Assembly: GCA_964389015.1 (NCBI GenBank)
Contig: CAYMCR010000001.1
Location: forward strand, 86,040 to 150,039
DNA length: 64,000 nucleotides
From: an uncultured Fibrobacteraceae bacterium
GTDB lineage: Bacteria > Krumholzibacteriota > Krumholzibacteriia > LZORAL124-64-63
Direction of reading: 5' to 3'
Shown here: positions 7,451 through 16,416 of the stretch, in pieces
Position numbering within the stretch: the first letter of the stretch is position 1
How the letters are laid out: every line of letters begins with the position of its first letter
Made by a program: the position numbers and the translations under genes
The notes under the pieces: generated by a model
Seen by the model: only the letters and a program-made list of their open reading frames with translations
What the model was told of the DNA's origin: nothing
Database searches by the model: none

Positions 7451-9000
7451 CAGAGGTAATCGAAGAGACTCATCTTCAGCATTTCGCTGGAGACCATCAA
7501 ACTCGCCTGGTACGTGATCTCGGCCATCTTCAGGTCGGATGTGACCTGGAAGAGATCGGCGTCGCGCACGTCCGACAGGTTGCGGTTCAGGTTGAAATCA
7601 CGGTCGATGTTCAGGCCTTCCATCCAGTCCAACAGGTTTTCCCGCGCGCCGATCGTCATCTCCAGCTCGAGCAGATGGTCCTCGATGGCCAGCAACTCGG
7701 CGGCCGCCTGCTTCATGCCGGTCCGGTCGATGGCCTGGAGCGAATTGGTCAGGTCCACCAGGACGTCGAACAGACGGTGCGGCGCACCCGTGCCGACGAG
7801 GCCCAGCGTGCGCGCGGTGTCGTCGCCGAGCAGCTGCCGGATTTCGAAGACATCGGCGGTGTTGGACAGGATCTGCAGGGAGTTCTCCCCCAGTTCCATG
7901 GTCAGGGGCGGCAGGCCGGCCGCCACGACTGCCGCCTCGAAGTCGGTTTTCAGGTCGTTGAGGGTCACCGCACCGGACAGATCGATGGCGATGGTGGTGT
8001 CGCCCATCGACAGCTCGATCGAGCCCAGCGGCAAGCTGCCGCCGAGGCTCGCGATATCGGCCAGGTTGACCGTCCAGTCCGGCGAGAGACGGATGTCGCT
8101 GCCGACGACCGTGCCGTCTGCGGACGTGCCGACCAGGCCCAGGGAAAGGGCGGTGTCCCCCCCGTCGAGATCGGAGATCGTCAGGGGTCCGCCGCCGGGA
8201 TCGGTCACGGTGAGTCCGGTGCCGTCCGCCGAGATGACGGCGGTCAGACCGGCTGCGCTCAGGATGTCGATCACGTCCGAGATGGTGCCCGCCCCCGACA
8301 GGTCCACTTCCAGGGGCACACCGACGCTGTCCGTCCAGGTGATGGTGCCCGGCTGCCAGCCCGCTCCATAACCGATGTCGGCGAGGGAATCGGTCAGGTT
8401 GAGGCGCGGCGCCAGGTCGGCATAGCCGTAGAGACTCGAGATGTTCGACCCCATCAGATCGGTGCCGGGGATGTTAACCGCCATGTTCGTGTTCGGGCCG
8501 ATCTGTACGTCCATCACACCCTGGTCGCCCTGGTAGACGATTTCGCCGCTGCTTTCCACGAAGGCCCGCAGATCGGTGCGATAGCCCGCGAAGATGGAAT
8601 TGCCCTCGAGGCTCTGGTTCAGGATCGCCAGGGCATGCTGGGTCATCGACTCGATCTCCTCGGCGCCGATCCGGTTGGTGTTGTCCGAGGCGGAGGCGTT
8701 CAGCTCGCGATGCACCACCTGGCGGGCGTCCCGCACCAGGTCCACCAGATCCAGAAGCGCCACGTCCGTCTGCAGAACCATCGTCCGGGCCCGCCCGATG
8801 TTCTCGAGATACTGGCCGTTCTCTTCGATCAGGAGTTCGTAGCGCTGCATGAGCCCGACGGCCTGCGGATCGTCGGCATAGCTGTTCACGCGTCGGCCCG
8901 TCGAGGCCATCTCCTGCAACTCGCTCATACGCCCCAGGTTGGCGTGCGTATGCTGGTAGATCAGGTTGGATATTTGACTGTGGGTGACGCGGGTCAGCAT
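7450..9000 (-). CDS. flgL: Flagellar hook-associated protein 3 FlgL
   Basis: 516 aa. N-terminus MLTRVTHSQISNLIYQHTHANLGRMSELQEMASTGRRVNSYADDPQ and C-terminus LSDVRDADLFQVTSDLKMAEITYQASLMVSSEMLKMSLFDYL are flagellin-like termini. Long Gly/Thr/Ser-rich central variable region. Confidence 0.8.
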   Translation of the reverse strand: MLTRVTHSQISNLIYQHTHANLGRMSELQEMASTGRRVNSYADDPQAVGLMQRYELLIEENGQYLENIGRARTMVLQTDVALLDLVDLVRDARQVVHRELNASASDNTNRIGAEEIESMTQHALAILNQSLEGNSIFAGYRTDLRAFVESSGEIVYQGDQGVMDVQIGPNTNMAVNIPGTDLMGSNISSLYGYADLAPRLNLTDSLADIGYGAGWQPGTITWTDSVGVPLEVDLSGAGTISDVIDILSAAGLTAVISADGTGLTVTDPGGGPLTISDLDGGDTALSLGLVGTSADGTVVGSDIRLSPDWTVNLADIASLGGSLPLGSIELSMGDTTIAIDLSGAVTLNDLKTDFEAAVVAAGLPPLTMELGENSLQILSNTADVFEIRQLLGDDTARTLGLVGTGAPHRLFDVLVDLTNSLQAIDRTGMKQAAAELLAIEDHLLELEMTIGARENLLDWMEGLNIDRDFNLNRNLSDVRDADLFQVTSDLKMAEITYQASLMVSSEMLKMSLFDYL

Positions 9001-9014
9001 CTGCTCTCCTCGGA

Positions 9015-10388
9015 TCAGACCATGGTCAGGATGGATTGGAACATCTCCTGCACGGCGGCGATCACCCGGGCGTTCGCCTGATACGCGTTCTGGTAGAGCG
9101 CGATATTCGCGGCTTCCTCGTCCATGCTCACGCCGCGTATGCTCTCCAGACGCGACGTCAGCGTGTCGACCAGTTGCTGCTGACCGTCGACCCGATAGCG
9201 AAAGGAGGCGCTGTCCGAGGCGATCTCGACCACCAGGTCGGTGAACAGCTCCGTGATACTCCGTCCGCCGGAGACATCGGTGCCGGATTGTCCCAGAGCG
9301 GCAATCTCGCTGGCGATGTCGGCGTCACCGGCCAGGTTCGTGCGCGAGGTGGCGATGTACGACGGGTTCTCGCTCAAGGCCGTGTTGATGGCGATGTCGG
9401 CGGCGTTCTCGCCGGAAAAGAAGATCAGGCCCCGGCCGCCGTCGCTGCGCCCCTGGACATGGAGTTCGTTGACTCTCTCGATCAAGGTCCTGGCCAGTTC
9501 GTCCAGCCGTTCCCGGTTTTGCACCACCTGTACGTCACGGGCACATTGCAGACCCAGCAGCTTGCCCGGGGGCAGCTCCAGGTCGTAACGACCGTTTTGC
9601 ACGGTGATCCGGGCGCTGCCTGGACGCCCGCCCTCGGATTCCTGGTATCTCACCTCGAGATGCTGTACGTACTCGCGCGTGACCAGCGTCCGGCCGGAGA
9701 CGATCACGTCCACGGTGCCGTCATCGCGTTCGATCACGTCGGTGCGGGTCAGGCTCGAGATCCGGGCGAGGACGATATCGCGCTGGTCCCGCAGATCATT
9801 CGCCGAGGTCTGGGAGGACTCGCCGAGCAGTATCTGGCGGTTCAGATCCGACACCGTCGACAGCAGCATGTTCATTTCGTCCACGCTCGCGGTCATCTGG
9901 TCGTCCAGGTCTTCCGCCAGATCTTCGAGCGATTGGGACATGGCGTTCAGGTCCAGGACCAGGCGTTCCGCACTGCCCAGCACATCCAGCCGGAGGGTAT
10001 CGGAATGCGGAGGCGTGGCCAGGCTGCTCCAGGCACTGAAGAACTGGGTGAGAGCGTCGCCGAGGTGGTTATTCTCCACCGAGCCGAAGATCACCTCCAC
10101 GTTGCCTAGGGCCATACCCTGGGTGTCGTACTGGGTGAGCAGCGACATCTGTTGGCGTTGCCTGGAAATGAGGAACTGGTCCGTCTGACGGCGGATGTCC
10201 GTCACCTGCGTACCACTGCCCAGGACACCATAGGCCATGTTCAAGGCGCGTCCGCTGCCCGTAATGGTGCGCTGCCGCGAGAAGCCCGGCGTACCGGCGT
10301 TCGCGATGTTGTGACTGGAGGTCTGCATGGACGCCCCCGCGGCGAACATGCCGGTCAACCCGATGTGCATAATGCTGGAAAGACCCAT
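9015..10388 (-). CDS. flgK: Flagellar hook-associated protein 1 FlgK
   Basis: MGLSSIMHIGLTGMFAAGASMQTSSHNIANAGTPGFSRQR at the N-terminus and C-terminal SMDEEAANIALYQNAYQANARVIAAVQEMFQSIL. 457 aa. Confidence 0.85.
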   Translation of the reverse strand: MGLSSIMHIGLTGMFAAGASMQTSSHNIANAGTPGFSRQRTITGSGRALNMAYGVLGSGTQVTDIRRQTDQFLISRQRQQMSLLTQYDTQGMALGNVEVIFGSVENNHLGDALTQFFSAWSSLATPPHSDTLRLDVLGSAERLVLDLNAMSQSLEDLAEDLDDQMTASVDEMNMLLSTVSDLNRQILLGESSQTSANDLRDQRDIVLARISSLTRTDVIERDDGTVDVIVSGRTLVTREYVQHLEVRYQESEGGRPGSARITVQNGRYDLELPPGKLLGLQCARDVQVVQNRERLDELARTLIERVNELHVQGRSDGGRGLIFFSGENAADIAINTALSENPSYIATSRTNLAGDADIASEIAALGQSGTDVSGGRSITELFTDLVVEIASDSASFRYRVDGQQQLVDTLTSRLESIRGVSMDEEAANIALYQNAYQANARVIAAVQEMFQSILTMV

Positions 10389-10399
10389 CTCTTCTCCAA

Positions 10400-10927
10400 T
10401 CAGGCCTGGCGTATGATGACGCCGGCACAGGCACCCTTGCGTTCACCACCATGCGCGTCGTAACAACCGTCCCGGCCGGTCATGCCGTGACACAGGATCG
10501 CCGCTTCCTCGTCCACCAGACCGAGACAAAAGCGCGCGAGCATGCCGTTCAGCGAGTTCTGGCGCATCAATTCACCGGTCGTCTCTTCCCAGGTGCGCAG
10601 ACAGAGGCGCAGCGCGCGTCCGTGGTCGCCCCGGGTAAACCTCGCCAGACGGCTCATGCTCAGGCCGCTCCGCTCGATGGCGTGCTGCTCCCCGAGCCGC
10701 TTCAGGTAGGTCTCGCGGGACGTTCGTGCCGTCTCCGCGCTCGGCATGTAGCGGCGCCATTCGGCGGCGTTCGCCTCGAGCCGCGCCAGATCCTGCTTGC
10801 GCAAATAACGATTCTGGCGCACCGACAGACGGAGCAACCGGCGGTATGCCGTCTCCTCTGTAGCCAGCAGATCCTGCAGGGATCTTGCCTCGGGCGGCGC
10901 GAGTCCTGGTGCTGTCCGATCACTCAT
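10400..10927 (-). CDS. FlgN-like flagellar chaperone candidate (FlgK/FlgL chaperone position)
   Basis: Helical 176-aa protein from the internal ATG at 10927 with an AAGGAG RBS, located between flgJ and flgK as in flgM-flgN-flgK-flgL operons. C-terminal Cys/His-rich tail LCHGMTGRDGCYDAHGGERKGACAG. Confidence 0.4.
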   Translation of the reverse strand: MSDRTAPGLAPPEARSLQDLLATEETAYRRLLRLSVRQNRYLRKQDLARLEANAAEWRRYMPSAETARTSRETYLKRLGEQHAIERSGLSMSRLARFTRGDHGRALRLCLRTWEETTGELMRQNSLNGMLARFCLGLVDEEAAILCHGMTGRDGCYDAHGGERKGACAGVIIRQA

Positions 10928-10958
10928 AATGCAGACTCCTTGTGGACCTCGGGGTTGC

Positions 10959-11903
10959 TCAGGGGCTGAACCCGAGTGTCGAAGAACCGTCCAGATCCCC
11001 GTACAGGGCACTTACCTTCTGGACGTAGTCCCGTGTCTCCGGGAAGGGCGGCACGGCGTTGCCGGCCCTGGTCACGTTGCCGGGCCCGGCGTTGTAGGCC
11101 GCCAGGACGAGTTCGAGATCGCCCGCGAAGCGCTCGCGCAATTTCGCCAGATAACGCGCGCCACCCTTGATGTTCTGGGCGGGATCCAGCGCATCGGTCA
11201 CGCCGACCTCGCGCGCTGTCTCGGGCATCAGTTGCATCAGACCGGTTGCACCGCGCGGCGAGACGGCATCGGGCCTTCCCGACGATTCCTGCACCATCAC
11301 GGCGAGCAGCAATTCGGGCGCCAGGCCGGTCTCGCGGGCCGCCGCTTCGATCTGGCCGCCCCAGCGCTGGACCGAGTCCGCGGCGGCGCCCCCCAGCTCG
11401 GCCGCCCTGGTCTCTAAGCTCGGACGTGGCACGCCGGCCTCAGCATAGGCCGCGAGGGCCCTGCTCAACTCGGGCACCGGCCGCCTCGCGGCGCTGGGCG
11501 ACAGGGGCTTCATCACCGCGGGCGTCGCGTCGCCGCCCCGCTCGGCGGGCAGCGGCGTCATGCCCGGCGAGTCGTTGGTGTCAGGCAGCCCCTCACCGTT
11601 CACGTAGGGCATGTATTGCCGGGTCACCATCTCCGCGATGCCCAGTCCCCCGCTGCCGCCGATCCGGGTGGCCATGGCCTCGTCGAGCATCTGGCGGTAG
11701 GTGTCGATCTCGCCGCTTTCCGTGAGCTCGGACTTGGGAACCGTCTGGCGCATGCTTTTCAACAACGTCTGGACGAACAAGGACTCGAACTGCTCGGCAG
11801 CCGCCCGCAGCTTGCGTTCCCCACCATCAGCAGCCGGTTGCACGCCCCCTGACGGTAGCGCGTCCTGCCGGATAGCTGTGCGAATGTGTCCAGACGTCTC
11901 CAC
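10959..11903 (-). CDS. flgJ: FlgJ-like rod-binding protein fused to a lytic transglycosylase (SLT) domain
   Basis: N-terminal LRAAAEQFESLFVQTLLKSMRQT...GGLGIAEMVTRQ matches the FlgJ rod-binding domain. C-terminal ESSGRPDAVSPRGATGLMQLMPETA...AAYNAGPGNV matches the SLT family-1 motifs (ES, GLMQ, AYNAG). Confidence 0.7.
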   Translation of the reverse strand: METSGHIRTAIRQDALPSGGVQPAADGGERKLRAAAEQFESLFVQTLLKSMRQTVPKSELTESGEIDTYRQMLDEAMATRIGGSGGLGIAEMVTRQYMPYVNGEGLPDTNDSPGMTPLPAERGGDATPAVMKPLSPSAARRPVPELSRALAAYAEAGVPRPSLETRAAELGGAAADSVQRWGGQIEAAARETGLAPELLLAVMVQESSGRPDAVSPRGATGLMQLMPETAREVGVTDALDPAQNIKGGARYLAKLRERFAGDLELVLAAYNAGPGNVTRAGNAVPPFPETRDYVQKVSALYGDLDGSSTLGFSP

Positions 11904-11911
11904 CGAGCCTC

Positions 11912-13033
11912 CTACATGATGACCAGATCGGCCTGCAGAGCCCCCGCTTGCTTGAGGGCCTGCAGGATGGCGATGATGTCGCGGGGGCTCGCCCCCACCT
12001 CGTTCAGTACGGCCACCACGTCCGACACGGTGCCGGTCTGCGGCACGTGGATTACCGAGGCGTCCTTCTCCTGGACATCCGTGACGACCGAGGGCGTGAC
12101 CACCGTGCGTCCGCTCTCGTTGAAGGAGTTCGGCTGTGAGACGTCGTAACTGGTCTTGATCACGACCTTCAGATTGCCGTGAGCCACCGCCGCTTCCTTC
12201 AGCACGACGCCCTCGCCCACGATGATCGTGCCCGTCCGCTCGTTGATGACCACGCGCGCCACCTGATCGCTGGCGGCTGCCAACTCGCCCATGCGGGCGA
12301 TGAAATCGACCGGCTGGTCGTGGAAGGAAACGGGAACGTTCACGTCGACGCGCTGGTCGCTGGTCGCGCGGGCGGTACTGCCGCCGAAGACGAGGTTGAT
12401 GGAGTCGGCGACCCGCTGTGCGGTGGCGAAATCCGGGCTATGCAGCAGCCACGCCATCCGGCCGTCGCTATAGAAGCCGCCTGGCAGGGGACTTTCGATC
12501 TTGGCGCCGTTGGGTATCTGCCCCACCGTCGAGTGGTTCTTGCGGATGGAGTTGTTGGCGCCGCCGCCGATATTGAAGCCGCCGATGGAGACCGGTCCCT
12601 GGGCGATGGCGTAAGCGCGTCCGTCGGCGCCTTTCAGGGGGCTCATGATGAGCATGCCCCCCTCCAGGCTGGAGGCATCACCCAGGGACGATACTGTCAC
12701 GTCGACGCGAGCACCGGCTGAGGTGCCCGGCGTCGCGTAGGCCGTCAGCAGGACCGCCGCCACGTTCTTGAGCTTGACCACCGAGGGATCGACGGTCACG
12801 TCCAGACGCTCCAGCATGGCGACGAGCGAGTTGGTGGTGAAGGCCGCGCTTTGTCCGTCGCCGGTGCCGTTCAGTCCCACCACCAGGCCGTAGCCCAGCA
12901 GCGGTTCGCGCTCGGCGCCGGCCAGGGCGGCCAGGTCCTTGATGCGTGACGTTTGTTCGGCTCCGGCAACGACCGCCTGCAGCAGCAGGAGGACCGTGAC
13001 CGTCGTACGAATTGCCAGCTGTCTCATGCCCAT
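11912..13033 (-). CDS. flgI: Flagellar P-ring protein FlgI
   Basis: Signal peptide, then IKDLAALAGAEREPLLGYGLVVGLNGTGDGQS...C-terminal ILQALKQAGALQADLVIM. 373 aa, typical FlgI. Confidence 0.9.
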   Translation of the reverse strand: MGMRQLAIRTTVTVLLLLQAVVAGAEQTSRIKDLAALAGAEREPLLGYGLVVGLNGTGDGQSAAFTTNSLVAMLERLDVTVDPSVVKLKNVAAVLLTAYATPGTSAGARVDVTVSSLGDASSLEGGMLIMSPLKGADGRAYAIAQGPVSIGGFNIGGGANNSIRKNHSTVGQIPNGAKIESPLPGGFYSDGRMAWLLHSPDFATAQRVADSINLVFGGSTARATSDQRVDVNVPVSFHDQPVDFIARMGELAAASDQVARVVINERTGTIIVGEGVVLKEAAVAHGNLKVVIKTSYDVSQPNSFNESGRTVVTPSVVTDVQEKDASVIHVPQTGTVSDVVAVLNEVGASPRDIIAILQALKQAGALQADLVIM

Positions 13034-13037
13034 ACTC

Positions 13038-13631
13038 CTAGAACAACCAGTTGACCAGCTTCGTGATCACGCCCGGTTCGCTGGTGGCGTTCACCACGCC
13101 CGTGCCGTTGTAGGCGATGCGGGCGTCGGCGATGTACGTCGAATAGATGGTGTTGTCGGGGCGGATATCACGTGCGCGACAGATGCCGCTGATCTCGATC
13201 AGCTGGCGTTCGCCGTTGATGTCGACCATGCGCGTGCCGGTCAGGCGATAGTCGCCGTTGTGCATGACCTCGACGATACGCGCCGTGATCTCGGCGTTCA
13301 GGTTGCCGGTGCGCTGGGTGCGCCCGTCGCCGGTGTACTTGTTCTCCGAGTTGATGCCCCAGTTGGTGATGACATCCAGGAAGCCGAGCCCCGGGCCTCC
13401 TTTCACCTCCGACTTGTTGTTGGCGTCGGTCTTGGCGGTGGCGTTGGCCGTGGACTCCTCGACGATCAGGATCGTGATGATGTCCCCGACGCGGTGCGCC
13501 TTGAAGTTGGAGACCAGGGAGCCGCCGCTCTCCAGGTCGATCAAGGGCTCGCCGGCGGCGCTGCCCGAGGCCGTTGCCAGCACGATCAGCGCTATCGCTC
13601 CCCACTGCTTGTTCATCCGCATACCTTTCAC
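13038..13631 (-). CDS. flgH: Flagellar L-ring protein FlgH
   Basis: 197 aa. VGDIITILIVEESTANATAKTD...ARIAYNGTGVVNATSEPGVITKLVNWLF matches FlgH. Signal peptide lacks a lipobox cysteine. Confidence 0.85.
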   Translation of the reverse strand: MKGMRMNKQWGAIALIVLATASGSAAGEPLIDLESGGSLVSNFKAHRVGDIITILIVEESTANATAKTDANNKSEVKGGPGLGFLDVITNWGINSENKYTGDGRTQRTGNLNAEITARIVEVMHNGDYRLTGTRMVDINGERQLIEISGICRARDIRPDNTIYSTYIADARIAYNGTGVVNATSEPGVITKLVNWLF

Positions 13632-14566
13632 CTGCTCCAGGACACGCGGCCCTGCCCGGTAACCCGGGCACGTATCAGCCGGCCGTCCATTTCGTTGCGT
13701 ACATAGACCATCTCACCCTGGACACCGTCCTCGCGCGCCGTCCCGCGTAGGGTCACGGCGACACCGCCACGGTCCAGGACCAGTTCCACCGAATCCCCCT
13801 GCCGGACCAGCGGCTCGGGGTGGATATCCGCCAGACGCAGGGGCTCGCCGGCCGCGATGTGACCGCGGGCCGTCATGCCGACGACGGCGCCACGCCCCAC
13901 GACCCGCCCCGACGCCACCTGCGTGAGATCCCGCCACTCCCAGACGAACAACGCCTCGGCGAGAGGGTCGTCCTTAGCCACGTTCGACCGCGTGCGCGCC
14001 ACCTCACCGTAGGTATGGCAGGTCACGATGGCCGTGAAGCGGATCACCCGGCCGCCGCCCACGATGCGGCAGCGGATCAGGTTGCGGCCAGGATCCAGAC
14101 GGTTCGGCTCAACGAGTTCGAGCCGCCATTCGCCGGCCATGACTGTGCCCGGTAGTTCGCTGTTCACCTCGACCCAACTGGCCGGTGCCCGGTCGGGGTC
14201 GTGCGGAAGCAAGTTGCCGAGCTCCGCCAGCAGACTTTTCTCCAGCTCATCGAGCGCGATCGTGCGTCCGGCAAAGGTGATCCGACAGCTTTCCGGCCCC
14301 TGGCAGACGACGTCCGCGGCCAAACGTTCCGTCACCAAGCGGCGCAGGATCGCGGCGCGGCTGATCTCGGCACTCTCCCCCGGTTTGCCGCCGGTGCGCA
14401 GCACCAAGGCACCGACGGTCGTCGGCGCCTCGGTTGCCACCACGTCCGACAGGCGGACGACGGGACGGTCCAACGTCACTTGCGGCACGAGTTCCAACAC
14501 CCAGGCCTGCGCGGTCTGACACGCCAGGAGGACTGCTGTCATGAGCAGAAGCAAGCGGTGCGACAC
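13628..14566 (-). CDS. flgA: Flagellar P-ring assembly chaperone FlgA
   Basis: Signal peptide MSHRLLLLMTAVLLACQTAQA. C-terminal SAF domain VVGRGAVVGMTARGHIAAGEPLRLADIHPEPLVRQGDSVELV...EMVYVRNEMDGRLIRARVTGQGRVS. 312 aa, longer than usual. Confidence 0.7.
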   Translation of the reverse strand: MSHRLLLLMTAVLLACQTAQAWVLELVPQVTLDRPVVRLSDVVATEAPTTVGALVLRTGGKPGESAEISRAAILRRLVTERLAADVVCQGPESCRITFAGRTIALDELEKSLLAELGNLLPHDPDRAPASWVEVNSELPGTVMAGEWRLELVEPNRLDPGRNLIRCRIVGGGRVIRFTAIVTCHTYGEVARTRSNVAKDDPLAEALFVWEWRDLTQVASGRVVGRGAVVGMTARGHIAAGEPLRLADIHPEPLVRQGDSVELVLDRGGVAVTLRGTAREDGVQGEMVYVRNEMDGRLIRARVTGQGRVSWSR

Positions 14567-14569
14567 TCC

Positions 14570-15355
14570 CTACCTCTTCATCTGGTTGACCGTCTGCATC
14601 ATCTCGTCGGCCATGGAGATGGTGCGCGCGTTCAGTTCGTAAGCCCGCTGGGCGGTGATCATCTTGACCAGTTCCTCGACCGTTTCCACGTTGCTCATCT
14701 CCAGGAAACCGGAGGCGATCTCGCCCAGGCCGTCGCTGCCGGAGCGGCTGACCAGGGGCTTGCCGCTGTTGGGCGACTCCTGATAGATGTTGCCGCCGCG
14801 ACTGTTGAGACCCGCGGCGTTGGCGAACTTGGCCAGCTCGATCTGGGCCAGGTCCTGCACCGTCGAGGTATCCCCCGCCAGCAGCACGGAAACGGTGCCG
14901 TCGCGCGCCATGTAGATGTCGGTGGCGTCCTGCGGCACCTGGACGGCCGGTTCGAGACGGTAGCCGGTCGAAGTGACGATGTTGCGGTCCGCGTCCAACT
15001 TGAAGGAACCGTCGCGCGTGTAGCCGATGGAACCGTCGGGCAGCCGTACCTGGAAGAAACCGTCGCCCTCGATCATCAGGTCGAGGGGATTCTGGGTCTG
15101 GGTAATCAGGCCCTGCGTGAAGATCTTGTTGGTCGCCACCAGCTTGACGCCGTGCCCCACTTCCACGCGTGTCGGCTCCGACTCACCGGAGCCGCGTCCC
15201 GTCGGCACCACGGATTCGTAGAGCAGATCCTGGAATTCGGCCTTGCTGCGCTTGTAGCCCACGGTGTTGACGTTGGCCAGGTTGTTGGAGATCGTATCGA
15301 TGTTGGTCTGTTGCGCCTTCATGCCCGACGCCGCGCTGGTCATGGCTCTCAGCAT
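14570..15355 (-). CDS. flgG: Flagellar distal rod protein FlgG
   Basis: MLRAMTSAASGMKAQQTNIDTISNNLANVNTVGYKRSKAEFQDLLYE... C-terminus EMSNVETVEELVKMITAQRAYELNARTISMADEMMQTVNQM. 261 aa. Confidence 0.85.
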   Translation of the reverse strand: MLRAMTSAASGMKAQQTNIDTISNNLANVNTVGYKRSKAEFQDLLYESVVPTGRGSGESEPTRVEVGHGVKLVATNKIFTQGLITQTQNPLDLMIEGDGFFQVRLPDGSIGYTRDGSFKLDADRNIVTSTGYRLEPAVQVPQDATDIYMARDGTVSVLLAGDTSTVQDLAQIELAKFANAAGLNSRGGNIYQESPNSGKPLVSRSGSDGLGEIASGFLEMSNVETVEELVKMITAQRAYELNARTISMADEMMQTVNQMKR

Positions 15356-15370
15356 GCGTGCCCCCGTTCT

Positions 15371-16117
15371 TTATGCCTTGCGGCTGAGTTCGTTGACGGC
15401 CTTGTCCAGGGTGCGGTCGGCCGCCTTCAGGACCTTGGCTTCGATTTCGAAAGCGCGCTGGGCGGCTATCATGCCGATCATGGTGTCGATGGGACTGGCG
15501 TTGCTGCCCTCGATCGCGCCCTGCGCGACGTCCACCTTGTCCGCGGCCAGCGTCCGCGCCGGCATCTCGGGCGGCGCGTCGAAGACCGAGCCTCCCACGT
15601 GCCGCAACAGGCCGCTGTCCTCGAAATCCACCACGGCCAGACGATCGATTTCCGCACCATCCACGAGCACCATGCCGTCCCTGCGTATGACCACTTCGCC
15701 GTCGGGGACCTCGATGGGCCCGCCGCTGCCCAGTACATCGGCGCCATCCGCCGTGCTCAGGCGGCGCTCCTCGTTCAGAACGAAGGATCCGTTGCGCGTG
15801 TAGTACTCGCGACCGTCCCGGCTGACCTTGAAGAGCCCCTCGCCCCGCAAGGCTACGTCCAAGGGGCGCCCGGTCTCCCGTAGCGTGCCTTGTGTCATGT
15901 CGATGGGTGAGCGCAGGTCCAGGATCTGATCGATTACGTTGCGAGAGAGGAGCGGCTGTGCCGTCTGACCGGACGCCTTCTCGTCTCTTTCGGTGACCTG
16001 GGTCAACACCTGTTTGAACCCGGCCGTATCGACATTGGCCAGGTTGTTGGCCAGGACGTTGGTCTTGGTCAATTGGATGTTCATGGCGGTCTCAGCCGCC
16101 CGCAGCCCCTTGAGCAC
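15371..16117 (-). CDS. flgF: Flagellar basal-body rod protein FlgF-like
   Basis: GTG start with an AAGGAG RBS. AMNIQLTKTNVLANNLANVDTAGFKQ... C-terminus GSNASPIDTMIGMIAAQRAFEIEAKVLKAADRTLDKAVN is a rod-protein family member. First gene of the operon. Confidence 0.75.
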   Translation of the reverse strand: MLKGLRAAETAMNIQLTKTNVLANNLANVDTAGFKQVLTQVTERDEKASGQTAQPLLSRNVIDQILDLRSPIDMTQGTLRETGRPLDVALRGEGLFKVSRDGREYYTRNGSFVLNEERRLSTADGADVLGSGGPIEVPDGEVVIRRDGMVLVDGAEIDRLAVVDFEDSGLLRHVGGSVFDAPPEMPARTLAADKVDVAQGAIEGSNASPIDTMIGMIAAQRAFEIEAKVLKAADRTLDKAVNELSRKA

Positions 16118-16161
16118 GAGGACTCCTTACGGTCTGGGTATACTTCGTGGCGACGGCCCAT

Positions 16162-16177
16162 CCGCAAGCGACATGCC
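16162..16177 (-). promoter_or_regulatory. Sigma54-type promoter (-24/-12) upstream of flgF operon
   Basis: Minus strand reads TGGCAT-gtcgc-TTGCG, against the consensus TGGCAC-N5-TTGCW. Predicted TSS about 35 nt upstream of the flgF GTG. Confidence 0.45.
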
Positions 16178-16357
16178 ATTTCCGGCGCCCGCAGCCGCCG
16201 CAACGCCGCAGCAGACGTTACCGCCGCTTTTCACGCCGGTCGCGCCGCCCGTCGTCACGAATAATGTGGAAAACCGGGATAGACGTTCGCTCCTCGGGAC
16301 CGAGGAAGCTCAGAGACTGGAAAAAACGTTGGCAATACTGCTCAGGTATCGACCGCA

Positions 16358-16393
16358 GCCAAACAACGGACGCGGCCTGCACGAGGCCGCGTC
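16358..16393 (-). terminator. Rho-independent terminator downstream of pilZ
   Basis: Minus strand GACGCGGCC-tcgtgca-GGCCGCGTC followed by CGTTGTTTGG. A 9-bp GC stem with a moderately T-rich tail. Confidence 0.4.
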
Positions 16394-16416
16394 ACACGGT
16401 CCTGGTCGACGGCAGT

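Noticed and set aside
7675-9081. 468-aa plus-strand ORF inside flgL. The same explanation covers other long antisense/alternate-frame ORFs, e.g. 14201..15883, 26040..28400, 42850..44502, 48293..50479, 53200..54777 and 54747..56357.
   Set aside because: All lie antisense to, or frame-shifted against, strongly supported conserved genes. Their products are Arg/Gly/Pro/Ala-rich low-complexity sequences with no motifs. This is the expected stop-codon paucity of 65% GC DNA.
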